63,997 nucleotides of DNA, filler included, from Hyphochytrium catenoides (GCA_900088475.1; 6 parts of 6 records of this genome joined end to end with filler, not necessarily neighbours in it), one strand, 5' to 3'. Positions 12,199-25,975 are shown, numbered from the whole stretch's first letter. Program-made: numbers and translations. Notes: generated by a model not told the origin, from the letters alone.

Positions 12199-13769
12199 CT
12201 TTGTTGACGGGTCAGAAACGCTGTCAACGAGGCTCTTAACTCTGCTGCGGATGCTCTTCTAGGTCAAGCGTTGCCTGCTGCAGAATAACAACAACGGTCG
12301 TCTTCAACCTGCTAATAACTCCTACGTGAGGTAGGAATGGTCGATAGTGACGGCTGCGGCAGTCAGAGTGACCTTCCCTTACTCTATGTGATGAGGAAAA
12401 GAAGATAGAAGAAGCATCGGTTGCAAGGCTCTCGACGACTCTGGCCTACCACCACCGCACTCACTCTCTCTGTCACATACACTACTTGCTGATTCCCTGA
12501 GACTGTTCCTCTCACTCGTCCCTCGGTTGTCAACAATCATCTGTGTATTGAGCTTTCGTCTTCAACCTACAGGTACTTCCGGTTGCTTCGGTACCTTGCC
12601 CTCGCTCATTAGTCTCTCCTTCTACGTTGTCATTACATCCGCTGGTCCTCCTCCTTCTCCGGCCTCCGTATGGACGTAGTAGCGAAGTAGTAGCATGGGC
12701 TTCATCATCATACGAAGAAGGCTGTCTTTCTCCTCTCTGACGACTCGCTTGTCAACCTTCCTTCCTTTCTCTTCCCTACTCCGAGAACAGGAAGACAGCG
12801 ACCTTCCCTCTCCTCCTCCTCCTTCCTCCCTCTAAGGCCCCTCTACAGTCACATAACCATCATTTCTTTGAAACGGCCAAACCCGTAGGCTCTGTATCCG
12901 GAATAAATACGAGTATCATTCCATACAATCTTCCTTGGCGGCATAACATTCAAAATAGTGGCATGTATCAATATCATTATGGGAGCTCTCAGTCCTAAGG
13001 ATCTTGGATTCTATTCCTGGTCTGTGGGGGTCTGAGCATCATGAAGGCCCAGCCGCAAAGCTTCCCTCAGAGAGCAGCAGCTACTTCATCTTCCGTGTAC
13101 ACCACCAGTGGGCTGTCCCCAGCCTCCCGTAGGAAGCTTGCTCATATGCACTGTCGCCGCCTCCTAAAGGTGGTAGTATTGCGTCCTAACCCCATCACCG
13201 TTCTCTTTTATAGATTGTCCAACTCTTCGCATCTGTGTTCCAACTGATCCACATCTCATGTCCTGCGGTTGGCATTGTTACCCACACTGGGGTTGTCAAA
13301 AGTTACAGCTGTCTTCTTTCCGCTAGATAGCGACCATGTCACATGATTTAAGGCAACCAGCCTTTGACCACCAGGTGTCATTAGCGCAAGGGTCAGGCAC
13401 GAAAGGCAGGCCAAGCCTTTCGTTCCGTGAGGTATGTACGAAGCTGCTGGGACTAGTCAACCTCTAGTAGTGAAAGCCACCTTTGAAGCCATCTTTTCTG
13501 CCTGTGATGTTTGGAGCCAGTCAAAGTCTTCCCTCCAGTACCAGCAGATTTGTGAAGTTGCTCCGCGGCGGCATCGACATCTCTCTTAGCCGGGAACCAT
13601 GTCCAAAGGTTTCAGCGACTTTATGAAACCCTCCTGGGAGAAGGGGCTTTGCAACCCTACTAGTTGGCCCTAGTTCTGCCAGTCGTCGTGCTCAAATAAA
13701 TACTTGCTTGAGAGCACCGACTAAAGAAGTATTGGCGATACCCAGGCAGCCGTCATGGGATGTCTTTCC

Positions 13770-14573
13770 CTATGGGCTGTCATAATCATCATCTTCCTCT
13801 AGGAAACTAGGAACAGCACCTTCCTTGCCGTCTTCTGTAGTTAATCCTGGAGGAGGTTCCAGAAAGTCGGAACCCAGTTCGGCCAAGAGAGCATCTCGAA
13901 GCTGCAATATTGAAGCTTGAGTTGCATCCTGCGGCGTCTCCCTCCTGTTTCCCGGCCCCTTCTCTCCGTGGCCCTCCTCGAGGTCAATGACTTCCCTAGG
14001 GGCTGCCTGTGTCTCCGCAGCGGACCCCGTAACTGGCTCCTGAAATATGCTCTGGTTTTGAGCGTTGCGCGGAGAAGCTCCCGCTGCTGCACCTGATCCC
14101 TGAGCTGGAGTCAGGCCTGTGTCTAGATCTAGGAGGGTGGACGTCATGCCATCCACTTGGGCAATACCTCCGTGTAAGGGTTCAATATGACTCATAGCAT
14201 CTAATAGATCCGTTAAGCCCTCGGTAGGACGCGAAAGAAGAGTCTCTAAGCTTTCCGCAGCCCCTGCAGTCTCTTCCCTTCGCGTAGACTCTGAAGCAAC
14301 GTCATTCTGTTTTGTCTCCTCGTGTTGAGAAGTTCCTTTTCTTCGTCGCTCCCAGTTTTGTTTCCGTGCCTGTTCTGCGGCATGGCGTTGCTGAGCCCTT
14401 TGCTCCTTGAACTTTTCTGATCTTAGCCACCGCAGCAGAAGCTCCTCCTGGTTTTGCAAGTCCGCCAACTGCTCTTCGACCTTCCTTTTTAGGGCTTCTA
14501 GCGTTTGTGAGGCCTCAACCAGCGCCCTAGTGTCGGCAGCGCTTGGCCCATTGACCGGCAACGAGCCTTGCAT
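13770..14573 (-). CDS. Hypothetical protein with coiled coil, SIM-like EVIDLE and acidic tail (5' end uncertain)
   Basis: 267-aa ORF with protein-like composition and no recognised family. Confidence 0.5.
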   Translation of the reverse strand: MQGSLPVNGPSAADTRALVEASQTLEALKRKVEEQLADLQNQEELLLRWLRSEKFKEQRAQQRHAAEQARKQNWERRRKGTSQHEETKQNDVASESTRREETAGAAESLETLLSRPTEGLTDLLDAMSHIEPLHGGIAQVDGMTSTLLDLDTGLTPAQGSGAAAGASPRNAQNQSIFQEPVTGSAAETQAAPREVIDLEEGHGEKGPGNRRETPQDATQASILQLRDALLAELGSDFLEPPPGLTTEDGKEGAVPSFLEEDDDYDSP

Positions 14574-15087
14574 ATTTAGAAGAATTCATCAAATTAGCGG
14601 AAAAGCAAATAACGCAGTCTGGTATACTAGATACGAAGTATGGGTAGTCGCGAGGCTCGGGTCTTCGCTAACGATAGAAAGATTCAGCAGATCTGGAAGA
14701 GATTCAGCAGACCTGGAAGTGAAGGAGGGCTTCGAAGCCTCTGATGACTCTTTCGCAGGTGCAGAGCACGGTGTCCTAGGTACTGCTGCAGACGTAGAGA
14801 CCGCCTTAAATTTTATGATGATGATGCCTTCGAGTCAAGCTTTGAGTTCCTCTCCTGGCTTCTTGGAAACCCCTTCTGCACTGGAGAGGAGAATCTCTAT
14901 AGTGGTTACTGAGGTGGGGTGGAGTGTGATTATCAACTTTGTAGCTCTTTGATGGGAGAACTATCCCTAGCCGTTACCTGCCCCTCCTGGCTGGTGGGGT
15001 TTCTACCCCACACCGCCCCCAGGTGTGAGCTGGGGAAGGATGTGGGTGTGGTGTGAGAGGGGGCTCCGGATGTAAAGAGAAACCTTC

Positions 15088-15245
15088 TTGCTCTCTCTCT
15101 CTTTCTCTCTCTTTCTCTCTCTTTCTTTCTCTTTCTCTCGCTCTCCCTCTCTCGCTCTCCCTCTCTCTTACACACTCTCTCGTTCTCTCTCTCGCTCTCT
15201 CCTTTCCCTTCTTACTTCACCTCTATCTCCCGCACTCTCTCCTTC

Positions 15246-15285
<40 letters not shown>

Positions 15286-15300
15286 CTCTCTCTCTCTCTG
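15088..15300. repeat. CT-rich microsatellite tract upstream of the E2 gene
   Basis: Direct reading of the sequence. Confidence 0.9.
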
Positions 15301-15627
15301 CTTTCCACATCTCTCTTCGCAGATAAAGAATGCCGCTAACCAACGCCATCATCGCGACCTGTGCGAGCGAGCTCTCTCGTCAAACGCCTCCCGAAGGTCA
15401 CAGAAGCTCCGAGTTGAGTTGACCTTTGCCTGGGTTGACCGAGACTAGTCACTTTCTGCAGAGGACCAGTCACCGTGGAGACTCTGGTGAAGGAAACGCA
15501 AAGTTGAGTTCATTTCCAGAGCTCGCTAGAGGGTCCGAGATCCCCTTCTAGAGCTTGTGGACCAAGTGAAGACCTGACATATTACTCGGATTTCAAGCTC
15601 CAGATAGAGCCCATCTAGATAGTCACA

Positions 15628-16634
15628 ATGTCAGACTACGCGGCAGAGCTTCTTCGCAGACAGTTGATAGGTAAGAGGGAACTTTGTGGATTGTATATCC
15701 TCAAGCTCTGGACCTGATGGCATGACCCCGCTGGATAGATCTTAGCAAAAACCCACCTGAGGGCGTATCAGTTGGGCTCACCGAGGAAGACAACATCTTT
15801 CATTGGGAGGTTATGCTCATTGGCCCACCGGAGACTCTATATGAAGGAGGGTTCTTCAAAGCTAGGCTGAACTTCCCTGCTGATTTCCCGAACCAGCCGC
15901 CAAAGATGGTCTTCGCGACGCCCATGTGGCATCCAAACGGTAGGTCACTCCTGGTCTTTATCTACCGTGGACTTCATCTCGCTTTTTCTCTGTTAGGTTC
16001 AGTTGTTCTCTCACTCATGTTGCCTGTCGCTTGCCGTGATCTTTATAATCAATCTTCTCACTCCCGTCTGCCCATCTCCAGTCTACCCCGATGGCACAGT
16101 CTGCATCTCCATTCTTCACCCGCCAGGAGAGGACAAGTTCAACTCACAGGTACGTTAGGACGTATCCCCTGTGGTCATGACCATACCCTGATATGGTTCT
16201 TGCTCTTTCACTGATCAATATAGGAGTCGGCGGACGAACGATGGCGCCCCATTCTAGGGGTTGAGGCGATCCTGATCTCAGTGATCTCAATGCTTTCAGA
16301 CCCTAATGATGATTCGCCTGCTAACATCGATGCCGCGGTGAGTGCTATCTTAAAATCAATCTTGTTTGAGTACCTCAGCATGTCAGAAGGCTATCGTGCC
16401 TGCTGTTGCCTGCCCCTTCCCTTGCATGAGAGCTCTTTGCAAATAGGGAGACCATTGCAATGAGCCAAGCTCCCTCACGTGGCAAGCAGTCAAAAGTTTT
16501 CTATCTGGCAATGGTCGCTTAGTAGGGTAGACTAATCTCTCCTAATAATTCTTCAGGTCCAGTGGAGGAATGACAAGGAGGGTTTCAAGAAGAAGTGCCG
16601 CCAAATCGTAAGACGGTCCCAGGAAGAGATGTAA
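15628..16634 (+). CDS. UBE2G1: Ubiquitin-conjugating enzyme E2, UBE2G1/UBC7 (Cdc34-like acidic loop) class, 5 exons
   Basis: Exons 15628-15670, 15739-15939, 16082-16149, 16224-16337 and 16557-16634. [36 protein letters not shown] contains HPN, the catalytic Cys and the acidic-loop insert; SPANIDAA follows. Confidence 0.93.
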
Positions 16635-17445
16635 GGACTAGAAGGGCCGGCAAAAGAAGCCTCATCAGCGTCCGCTCAACCAATCTTGAGAAATTGGGAT
16701 TGGGAGAAGAATTCTGGCAAGGATAGTAGAAGAGAGAGACATACGGTTGAGAGTAAGAAGAGCTTGGAACTGCCTGTCAACTTAGGGTCTAGGACACCTC
16801 GTGAAGATGTGGCCTGTAAATAAAGTTATGAATAAGACGAAAGCCCTCAGACCCGCCAATTCTCTACTCGCTCCTTATCTGTGTCTAGAGATTTTTTGGT
16901 CCAAGAACCTCTGCGTAGCCTAAGCAAGGGAAAATTAGCCACTCTTGGATAACTTTTTCGCGACGCCGTCCCTTAATGACTATACCATTCCTAGAGCTGT
17001 CGGCAGTCAGAAGCCAGCCTAGGATTTAGCTTAGGACCTCTGACAGATCTGGATCATGGATCTGGCAGATGTAGACAATGGACCCGGAAGATCTGGACCA
17101 TGGATTCTCTTCAAATCATCTGGGTCATTCACGTGTGGATTTTTTCGAGCGTTCCGAGAAAGTCTTGGACACAGCCCATGTTTGACCTGAAAGAGCCTTC
17201 TTCACTCTTCTACCCTTAAGCTCTGAAGTTTCCTGCACCTCCTGGCTTTGTTTCAACAGCGATCCCCCAGGTTCAATCATGGGGCATGATCACCATCTGC
17301 AGGTTTCAATCCCCTATGCCTTCGATCCATCTGGTTGGCATATTCGAGACAGCTGCATACCAAAGTACGATCACTGGCGGACTTCAGCCGGTGCTGTCAC
17401 GTTTCCGCTGGTAGAAGGGCTAGAAGGGCAAATGCTCTCCTAACT

Positions 17446-20400
17446 CTATCTGCCTCTCTGTAGATGCAAATTCTTGATCCGAGAAGCAAAAAGCTTGATC
17501 TCCGGAAGAGCCCTCTCCTTGTCCTTAAGATCTTGAAAGACTAGTTCTTCTAGAATCGTTTCACGCCGCCGTAACCGATCCAGGGTGTCTTGACACACTG
17601 GTGGGTCACTCTTGGTAAGACTAGGAAGACACGATAAGTGATACTTAGTATTACTGACAGAAGGGGTAGAATACAGGTAGGCTCGCCATGGGTTAGAAAG
17701 AGCATGAGGTGACGGCGATGAGTAGTGACTGAAGTAAAGAGCTAGTAAGTCAGGGTAAGAAAGGAACCTGGATTAGAAAGCAAGGCTGGGAAGTGGAAAA
17801 AGGATCTGTCACCTGGTGATCTGGGTTCTTAAATCCTCTAGCTCAGCTCTGTGCCGTTCCCAGGAAGATCTTTGATCCCTCCAGTACAAAAGTCGTTCCT
17901 GCATGTACCTCACCGAGGGTCTTGCTCCCGCCTCCTCCTCCCTTGTTTCTCCTCGCGCTATGCCACCCACCTCGCGGTGTTCATTTTTGGCTGATGTCTC
18001 ATGGAATAGACTGTAGGAGTCGGGCCGTAAAGGGGGTCCACTACACGATACATTAAAGACGCTCGGAAGGGACCAAGGTGATGGCGATGGAGAGACTGAA
18101 GTCACTGGGATCCGGTCGTGCAAGGCCTATACGACTTTATAGTTAGGGGTTCTGACATGAAAGAGTTCTTTCAACGGTATCCATAGATTATCTGGTCTCC
18201 TCCTCCTGGCCAAGGCAACAACGTGGATACTTCTGTGCAAGACGAGAATGCAGGCAGCACTGAAGGGGTGTACTCTCTTACCTCGGACCGCCTTGTGATG
18301 TTCAGAATATCTGTCGGCACCCGAGGCTCTTTTCTACTGGGAGCTGCCCTCACAGAATAGGAGAATGACCCTGCCGCATCGTGTTTCGTACTTGGCCAAG
18401 CAGCAGAAGGAAGAGGCATTGGACGCCTAGATTCCTCCTTCTTGGCCGAGAAGGATGAGGGAGGACGCAGAGGCATTGGCTCTTCCAAAGGTTCTGCCCT
18501 TGCTATTGCTCCTAAACCACTAAGGCTGGCACTAAATCCGTTTATGTTAAAGCTCCTTTCAGATCGCCTCCTCCTAATAATAGAAAGCCAGTGTTTCGCT
18601 ATACGGCCCACCCTATCCCATACTGCCACAGTCTTATAAGCCTGAAGATTTCGGAGGGACTGGGATCGTCGGTCCTGAAGGTCTAATCCAACGCGAAGCC
18701 ACATCTCTACTCCTCGGCGCATGTAAAGCCTCCGACGCCAGACCCGTGCCTCCCTGTATATGGCAGGCAAGAACAAGTTTGGAGTGATGAAGGAGACATC
18801 ATCTTAGTGTTCTACGAATAGGATGAGACTGGCAGAAGTGTGTTAAACAAGCGCAGGAAGAGATTTGACTGACGAAAAGGATATGAAAAAAAGCAACAGA
18901 GAGATACAAAGGGAGAGGCTGAGAAGAGAAATATCCTGCATGGAGTCCCGAACCTCATTCTCTCTCTCTCAGCTATTCTTCGATCTCTATAGCGAAGCCA
19001 GGAGCTAAATATCCGCCTTTCCAACGACAGCTTCCACAGCCGGAGAGATCTAACGAACAACTCCTTTCTTTTTTGTCGCGCTTGCAACCTGTCATGTACG
19101 GAAATGTCAGTAAGATGAGAGAGCAACACGAGAGATCATAGCGAGAAAGATAGACGACTGGGCACATTGCAGACGTGATGAGTGTCTGAGGCCTTCAAAG
19201 CTAAACTCCTACCAGGCTAGCCAGCAGTGAAAGGTCCGGCGTTTTGCTTTGCTCGCAAAGCAGGACTCGGCTCGCTGTGCTAATATATGCGCCCATCTTC
19301 TCTCTCCTGTATGCAAGAGGAAAGCTCTAAAGCATTTTCTTAAGATCACGTTCTGAAAGTGCCCCAGCGCAGTGGACCTAGAGGGGTCGATTGAACCAAA
19401 TGAGAAGGAAATATGTGAAACAACGAACCGCTTTAGGACCGTGCTTTCTAGAGGTCCCATTGTTGTTTGGTCCTCTGTACCTTGCCAGTCTCGATACCAG
19501 CTTGCGCTGAGTGGCATCATGCCAGGCACTGAAATGCCTCCTTAAGCTACGCCTGGAAGTTGAATAAGCAGAGTGAGCGTTAGTACGGACAAATTTAGTT
19601 TAGAACTGACTAGTTAGGTACAAAGAGATACCACAGGCCTTCTTAGTGGACAGGACGAACAAGGTGCTGTGAAAGCAGTGAATCGTTACGTAGGCAAGCC
19701 TAACTAACGCTCCTCTGATAGGGTCGGTTACGTAGAGGCTGAACTAGGTATTGAATATAATACCATTGCAGGTCTTGAACAGCTTTCTGTACTTCCAGCT
19801 CCAGCCTCTGCCGCTCTGTCCGCGCATATTGTAAGAAGTGGTACAGCCGCTTGAAGATCTTTCTCACGACCTGAGAAGCAATCGAGGGAAATGTAAATAA
19901 CGTTAGTCCAAAGGGCATAAGGAAGTCAAGAAAGTCATACATGAAGTAGAGCGATACAATATGCAGACCTATGCTTGACAATCAACTCTAAAGCAGCGGC
20001 GGGATTGTCAGATCTATAACCACTCGAAACGTTTCATGAGGTTGCTCACTGTACCTTAGCATGATAGAGTCTGATGGCTCTTTCTCCTCTAGAGTGATGC
20101 CATCGCCGTCTTGCACTGTAATATTCCCAGGCACTAATCACCTTGCGCAGTAATTTGGCCTCATAGTAGCGCAAACATTGCCATTCAACAGCCCTTTGAC
20201 TCCTTTCTCTTTGGTGATAGTCGGACCATGTTCGAAAGGCTGACCGCAAGAGAGTTTGGGAAGAATGCAGAAGGGCAAGGGAGAGCATGTGGTTCTTCGT
20301 TCTTTTGTGGAAGGTGGTAGCTCTCCAGCCGGCCACCATACGCCTTTTCAATTTCCGATTGTACCATTGATCAGCCATACTCGCCGTCCTTCGTTTCTCA

Positions 20401-22365
20401 ATCCTGTCAATAACAAAGGCTTTCCATTGAGCCCACATTCTGCCCAGAGATTGGGAGACGTAGAACTTGGTCGCCCGGTTCACTATCCACCGGCACCTTA
20501 TATAGAGGAGCCACTGTGTGAAGGTTTTGACAAGCATCCTCTGGCGGGAGAAATAGTCAGCCAACGCTGCGTTTTCCTTCTCTCTTTTTGCTCTTCTACA
20601 CATCTCTCTCCATTTCTTAAGCATTGAGTACGCCAGGTTCAGCCTTCTAGCCGACAGTAAAGCGTCCTCCGCTTCTCGACATTGCTTGAGCCTAGAGTGG
20701 CGCAAAGCCCATTGCTTCAAAACATGATGAAGGAATGTTCGCTCCGAGTGCTCCCTAAGACGCTTGGCAGGAGGCGGAAGATCTTCACACCCATTCCCTT
20801 CGTCTTCAAGTCCACTAGCGAGTTCTCTATCCACGGTCTCAGCTGGCAACTGTGGCCAAGCATAGTGCACCCATCTAACAGAGATACAGAGCAAATGTGC
20901 AGGTTAGTGAAACCGTTCCACCTTGCCAGGAAAGAGGAAAAGCGGACTTTTGTATAGAGAGATACAGCAGCTGCTGCGGCCGTTTCCTATGCCAGACTTC
21001 AATAAGCTTGTCGAATCGCATTTCCCATCCAGGACTTATAGCTTCCTGATCTTTGTATTGCTCTTCTCTGGGCCCGGTACTGGGTGGGCTCTGACGTGGT
21101 TGGCTCTGTCTCTTGAGGTACCTGCTTCTTGCCGTCTGGCTCTTCCAACTCTAAGAGGGGGACATTGAGAACGGTTAGCTCTAGTTCCGCGTTTTGACCA
21201 TACCTATCTTCGTAGAAGAGTTTTCTCTGTCGATATCCTTGGTAATCAAGCCCGTTGTCGCTCTCTTCCCTGTACACTTTATACTGAAGGCTGCTCCTGC
21301 TGACCTTTAAAGCATGCCTCAGAAGAGCGGTACGACCGTGCACTATCCCTTTTTGAAGCCTCTCTTTTCGCCTTTCTGCCGCTCGCAACAGACGTTGCCA
21401 GACAGTAAAGACCTTCCTCTGCAATGTAAAAGACCATTGCCGCAGCGCTAGCCGAATCTTGGTAGCTTCTAGGTGCCATAGAGACCGCCACGTAGCCCAA
21501 GCAGAGAAAGTCCTAGCCAGGGCATGCTGAGGCATCGGGTCAAAGGGCTGTGTAGAGGACTGTCCTAGTGACGCGGAGTATACTGGCAGTTGCACGCCAG
21601 AATGGAAGAGTAGAAATCAATGATAGTGAGAATGTGATGAATCACCTTTTGGTATCTGAGCAGCGCCAATGCATTCTGTCTTTTCTTCCGCCGTCGGTGG
21701 TCTAAATAAATACTCCAAGCATTGAGGGATCTCTTGAGAAGTCGTGCTCGGATCTTGCTACCTATCGTGCGAGATAGCTGTGCAAGGCAAGGTAGATTGG
21801 AATAGTGTTAGGTAAAGCCATTGGCTTGTCCGCGCTCACAATGCCTAAGCCTATGAAGCCTCTCTAGCTCTACTTCGGATAAGCCTACGCCCAACTAAGG
21901 AACCCTCTCTTCCGTATCCTGAACCCATTCATGCGCAGATGGTCTGTGACAGCAGCCCTTCCTCTCCCTTGACGCGCAGAGAACTGCCATGCTTAGCTCT
22001 TTCCTCTTCTCTATTACCGTTCTTAGCCGCTTTTGGCTCCGATTTAACGACCTCCATTGGCGGAGAGCCCTCCGTAACAGGCGGTAGCGGGCATAACTAG
22101 TAGCCTTGACGTTCAGCCGCCATTGCTCCTTGGCGGATAGAGTCAAACTCTTCCACCCAACTAACGCTCGTCTCAGATACTTATAGCGCCAGAACCTTCG
22201 AGCCCGTAGGTCAGCCAGGGCCGACCATGCAAAGCGTTTCCACTGCTTGACCACTTTAGCTGCGATAATTCGTTGCTGCTTGGACCTGCATATGAAGGTG
22301 TCAAATCGCTGGGCAGCTGATGAATGCGTTTGGGACAGGCACCTGAACGGCCGACGGTCTTCCAT
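17446..22365 (-). CDS. SFI1: SFI1-like centrin-binding Trp-repeat protein, multi-exon
   Basis: Many A-x7-LL-xx-F/L-xx-W repeats (YLRRALVGWK, LLRRALRQWR, LLRSAFRTWS, LLRKVISAWE, ERRIFSSWL) across successive minus-strand exons. The terminal exon ends HLQRGR* at 17446. Some internal junctions are unresolved. Confidence 0.75.
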
Positions 22366-22931
22366 CTTGCAGTTTGGACAGATCTCAGAATCTACTTTGG
22401 GCTTTGGCCAGGGGGGCCCTTCGTGAGCTATTTATAGCGTCCTTTTTGCCATTATGCCCTTTGTCTGCGTGCAGCTCGCATCTGGACAGCCCCCTTTATT
22501 TGAAAGATGGTGGGGAGTGTCTAGGAGAAAGAACATTCCTGGACAAACAGTGAACGGAAGGGTAGAGGTGGTGAAGATCTCCGCCAATGTTCTCTATGGA
22601 ATATGGATGTCTACAGGGCCCACACAATTCTGATGCCTCTTTGGCGCAGGACTTGAGTCAGAGCCGCTGACATACGAAGGCAAAGGGGCGCCGAGCCCAT
22701 CGCTAGCTCTACTGCGCCATGAAGACATCATCTCTACTGCACTACGCAGCATCCATGCGTCCATGGCGCCAGGCGAGCCGCAGAGATGGCGCGCATCAAA
22801 GGCAACGAGGCATCATCAGCAGATCTGCCAGCCTTCCTTCGCCTTCTGATGACTGCGTTGTAAGAATTCTGGAGGAAGAAGAAAAGGGTAAAAAGGAGGC
22901 AGAAAGTTTGAATTGATGCTGAGCTTGAACA

Positions 22932-23422
22932 TCACTTATTCTCGGTCAGGGTCGTTTGAACTCGGTAGTGCCGAAGATAGAATAGAGGTACAGTACTGTA
23001 GATCAGGCTTGAAATAAACTCATTTACGGCAGAAGAACCATCAAAGATATTCCTGACAGATGGTCTATTGGCTACAATAGCTTCTATAATAAGGTCAAAC
23101 GTTATCGCTAATAAGCATGATCGGAGATCGTGTAGAGCTGTACAGCCACCCAACCTTAGGAGTAACGGATTTTTCTTATTCTCCTGTGCCAGACACCAGA
23201 CACACCACAGCTCACTGCCAAACCCAGCGGTGCTCACCAGGCACAGACAGGACTATCGATCTCTGTTTGATACTCCACGAGACGCATGCCAGACGCTACG
23301 CTCGTGACTTCATGGAAGTCATTGTGCCCGAAGGTTCCCACCAGCCACACGCCCATTAGCCACCTGCTGTACCTTTGTCCAAGCAGGAACCCTCCGCTTG
23401 ATCTTTGATCAAGGGCAGTCAT
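22932..23422 (-). CDS. Possible small spliced hypothetical gene between SFI1 and the FHA-RING gene
   Basis: Two adjacent minus-strand ORFs with plausible splice signals and no recognised domain. Confidence 0.25.
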
Positions 23423-23597
23423 AGTGGATATACGATACTAGCAGCGATGATTGCCCGGGCCTCTTAAGGGCAATAAATGCCCAACATCCTCCTATCTAGA
23501 AAACGTGAGGCGATGAAGAGGCAACATATTTACTCCCATGTTGCCTCGACCTCAGGTCCTTTCTAATTAACCCAACCGAGCCAGGCCCTTGAGAAGC

Positions 23598-24391
23598 ATG
23601 TCTTCTAACGAATATGAGGTCCAACTGTCACTCACGTGTACTTTGTATTCTCTAGCAAGTGGACAAGAAAATGCTGGGTATCTGGAAGGCCTGCCATCCA
23701 AAATATGCGTTACCCGACAGACAATGCTGGTTGGCTCAGGCTCTGATTGTGATATCTGCCTGCAGTTCTTAGGTGAGAAAGATGTCATCAGCCGCCATCA
23801 TGCCTACATTCGGCGCCTCCAATCCCCAGGAAGCTCCAGAGATACTGGGGCATATAGCCCCAGCAATCCGACCAATGAGTGGTACATATACGACCTTAAC
23901 AGTGTCAGCGGAACATTCGTTAACGGTCACCGCGTAAGTAAGATGAAACTCTCTGCTGGAGATGTCTTGTCGTTTGGATCGCCGTTGCTTGTGGCTGATG
24001 GGTCGGGAGCTCAACAAACGATGGGAGGTACTGCCCCCGCAGTGCACTATCGGGTGCAATTGGAGCCACTAGGGGCCAGCACAGCGCGAAGCTTAAACAG
24101 CACATCCCCGCTTTTGCACCTTGGTTTACCTACTGTTAGGTCTCTCAGAAGTTTCACCGCCCAACACAAGCGCTCACGGCCATCATGCCAGGATCAAAGA
24201 CTACTATCACATAGTGGGCCTCGAGGGCCTGGCTCACTTAGTTCCACAGTGAATGTGGAAGAGCTGAGGATGGGAGAGAGTTTACAAACCTCCTTATCAT
24301 CTGAGGCCTCGTGTCCTATTTGCTGGGAGATACTCTGGCACCCTATGATTCTAGGTTGCTCCCACTCCTTCTGTGAACCTTGCATTAAGGA
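23598..24391 (+). CDS. FHA + RING E3 ligase (CHFR/RNF8/Dma1-like), truncated by an assembly gap
   Basis: FHA LVGSGSDCDICL...VISRHHAYI...WYIYDLNSVSGTFVNG...GDVLSFG, then RING start CPICWEILWHPMILGCSHSFCEPCI. Confidence 0.85.
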
Positions 24392-24491
24392 NNNNNNNNN
24401 NNNNNNNNNNNNNNNNNNNNNNNNNNNNNNNNNNNTTAATTAATTAANNNNNNNNNNNNNNNNNNNNNNNNNNNNNNNNNNNNNNNNNNNN
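24392..24491. other. Artificial contig join: N-run with TTAATTAATTAA six-frame stop linker (24436-24447)
   Basis: The identical 100-nt structure recurs five times in the window. Confidence 0.95.
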
Positions 24492-25975
24492 CTGAGAGTG
24501 TAAGCTCCATTCGAGGTAAACAACACTGCTTCACCAGAGGAGTCTTAGATGTATTGTCCAATAGAGAGAAGATGCTTTGGAAAGCCTGGTGCATAAAGCA
24601 CATTCGGCAGGTAGAGAGGGGCGGTAGCTCTATCGGCAACAGGAGGGATAAGTATGCTTCCCTTTCCCACGGCAAAGACTGGCCGGTTGTCAGCGGTAAA
24701 GAGAGGAAGAGGGTCAATAGAAGTGAAAGAGAGAAAGAGTGATCGATCTCCAGTAATGTGACTGGAGCATCCGCTGTCTAACAGCCATTTGTGGCTGCTC
24801 TGAATGGCTTTCGCCTTCGCTGCGGCCTGCTGGATAGAAGCTAGGGAAATGGATTCACCAGAGTCGACAGAAGGCTTTGCATACTGATTGGCTAATCCGA
24901 ATTCATTAGTTTGAGCTCCTCCGGGAGAAGAAGAAGAGGAGGAGGATAGGAGAGCAGCTAACAAGCACTAAGTTGCTCATGGCCTACTGTTGACAGTTGT
25001 TGTGACGCCGGCAGCTTGTCCAAGTGGAAGCGAGGCTTCCAGCCTGATGGCCTGCGCGCAGCATTCTCTGGAAGCTCGAAGCAGTCTGCGCTGTTATGTC
25101 CCTTTTTCCGGCAGATGCCGCACTGCCTGCTACCACGCGCAGGTTTCTCCTGTCTTCGCTGATCTGGGGGATCTTCCCTTTTCCTTTCCCCTGGAGTAGA
25201 GAGAGCATTTATCTCTGAAGAAGGTAAAGTATCCGGGAAGTGCACAGAGCTAGACACTCTTCTCTGTTCATCAGCCATAATACGGTTGATGACCTCATTT
25301 GCAGGCAGAGAGGAAGTCCCTAAGACGTACAGGTGGCTCACTATAGAGCCAAAGGAGGGAGGGAGGCTTTGGAGAATTGAAGAGACCAGGATTATCTCAT
25401 AAATGTCCCGCTGGTTCTCTTTCTTCTTACTCCTTTCGAAGATATCCTTTAGAGCCTCTGTCCTCTGTTTCAGGGTGGTCAGGTGGGATCTCGCTCAGAG
25501 AGGTGGTGCCTCCAGAATCAAACCTTGAGTTGGTGATCTCCTGAAGACGCCTGAGGACGTTGTCCCCTTCCTTTCCATCCATCTGCTCCTGTAGTTTGTG
25601 ATGAACTTTACAGAGCTGGGTGGCAATGCCTGAAGCTCCTGTATGAGCACAATCTAGATGAAATGATAACAAAGGGACTTGGTATTGATGTGTGATGGAG
25701 ATTTCTCTGAATGATCACTCAGTCCTGAGAGCCTGGTCTGGACTCGAGATCTTTTTGTTGGGCCCAGCTTCCCTCATCATCTCTCTCTCCTCTGCTGCTC
25801 CTGTGTTCTTCCGGAAATTCTTCTCACATCCCTTTCCCATAACACAGGTGTACCCGTAACGTCTATGTCCCTGAGAGCTAGGTGTGTATAGAGAGTGACA
25901 ACTGTACTACTGACAACGAACATTGTAGCACTCAACAATAACTAGGAAACAGGGTCCCATAAGCCCTCATACTCA
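24492..25975 (-). mobile_element. Degenerate Ty1/Copia LTR retrotransposon: gag (CCHC knuckle) and aspartic protease
   Basis: CGICRKKGHNSADC zinc knuckle, WLLDSGCSSHIT protease motif and LPNVLYAPGFPKHLLSIGQ. Contains stops and frameshifts. A GGCTTATGGGACCC PBS-like motif lies near 25952-25965. Confidence 0.88.

Noticed and set aside
12250-13700. Stop-riddled minus-strand coding-like sequence and a 9-bp hairpin at 13399-13423
   Set aside because: Possibly a TE relic, but no diagnostic motif could be supported.
16940-16980. LDNFFATPSL resembling a piggyBac catalytic motif
   Set aside because: Isolated ten-residue match with no supporting ORF.
24436-24447. Recurrent TTAATTAATTAA as a biological motif
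   Set aside because: Always centred in N-runs of fixed length, so it is an assembly linker.
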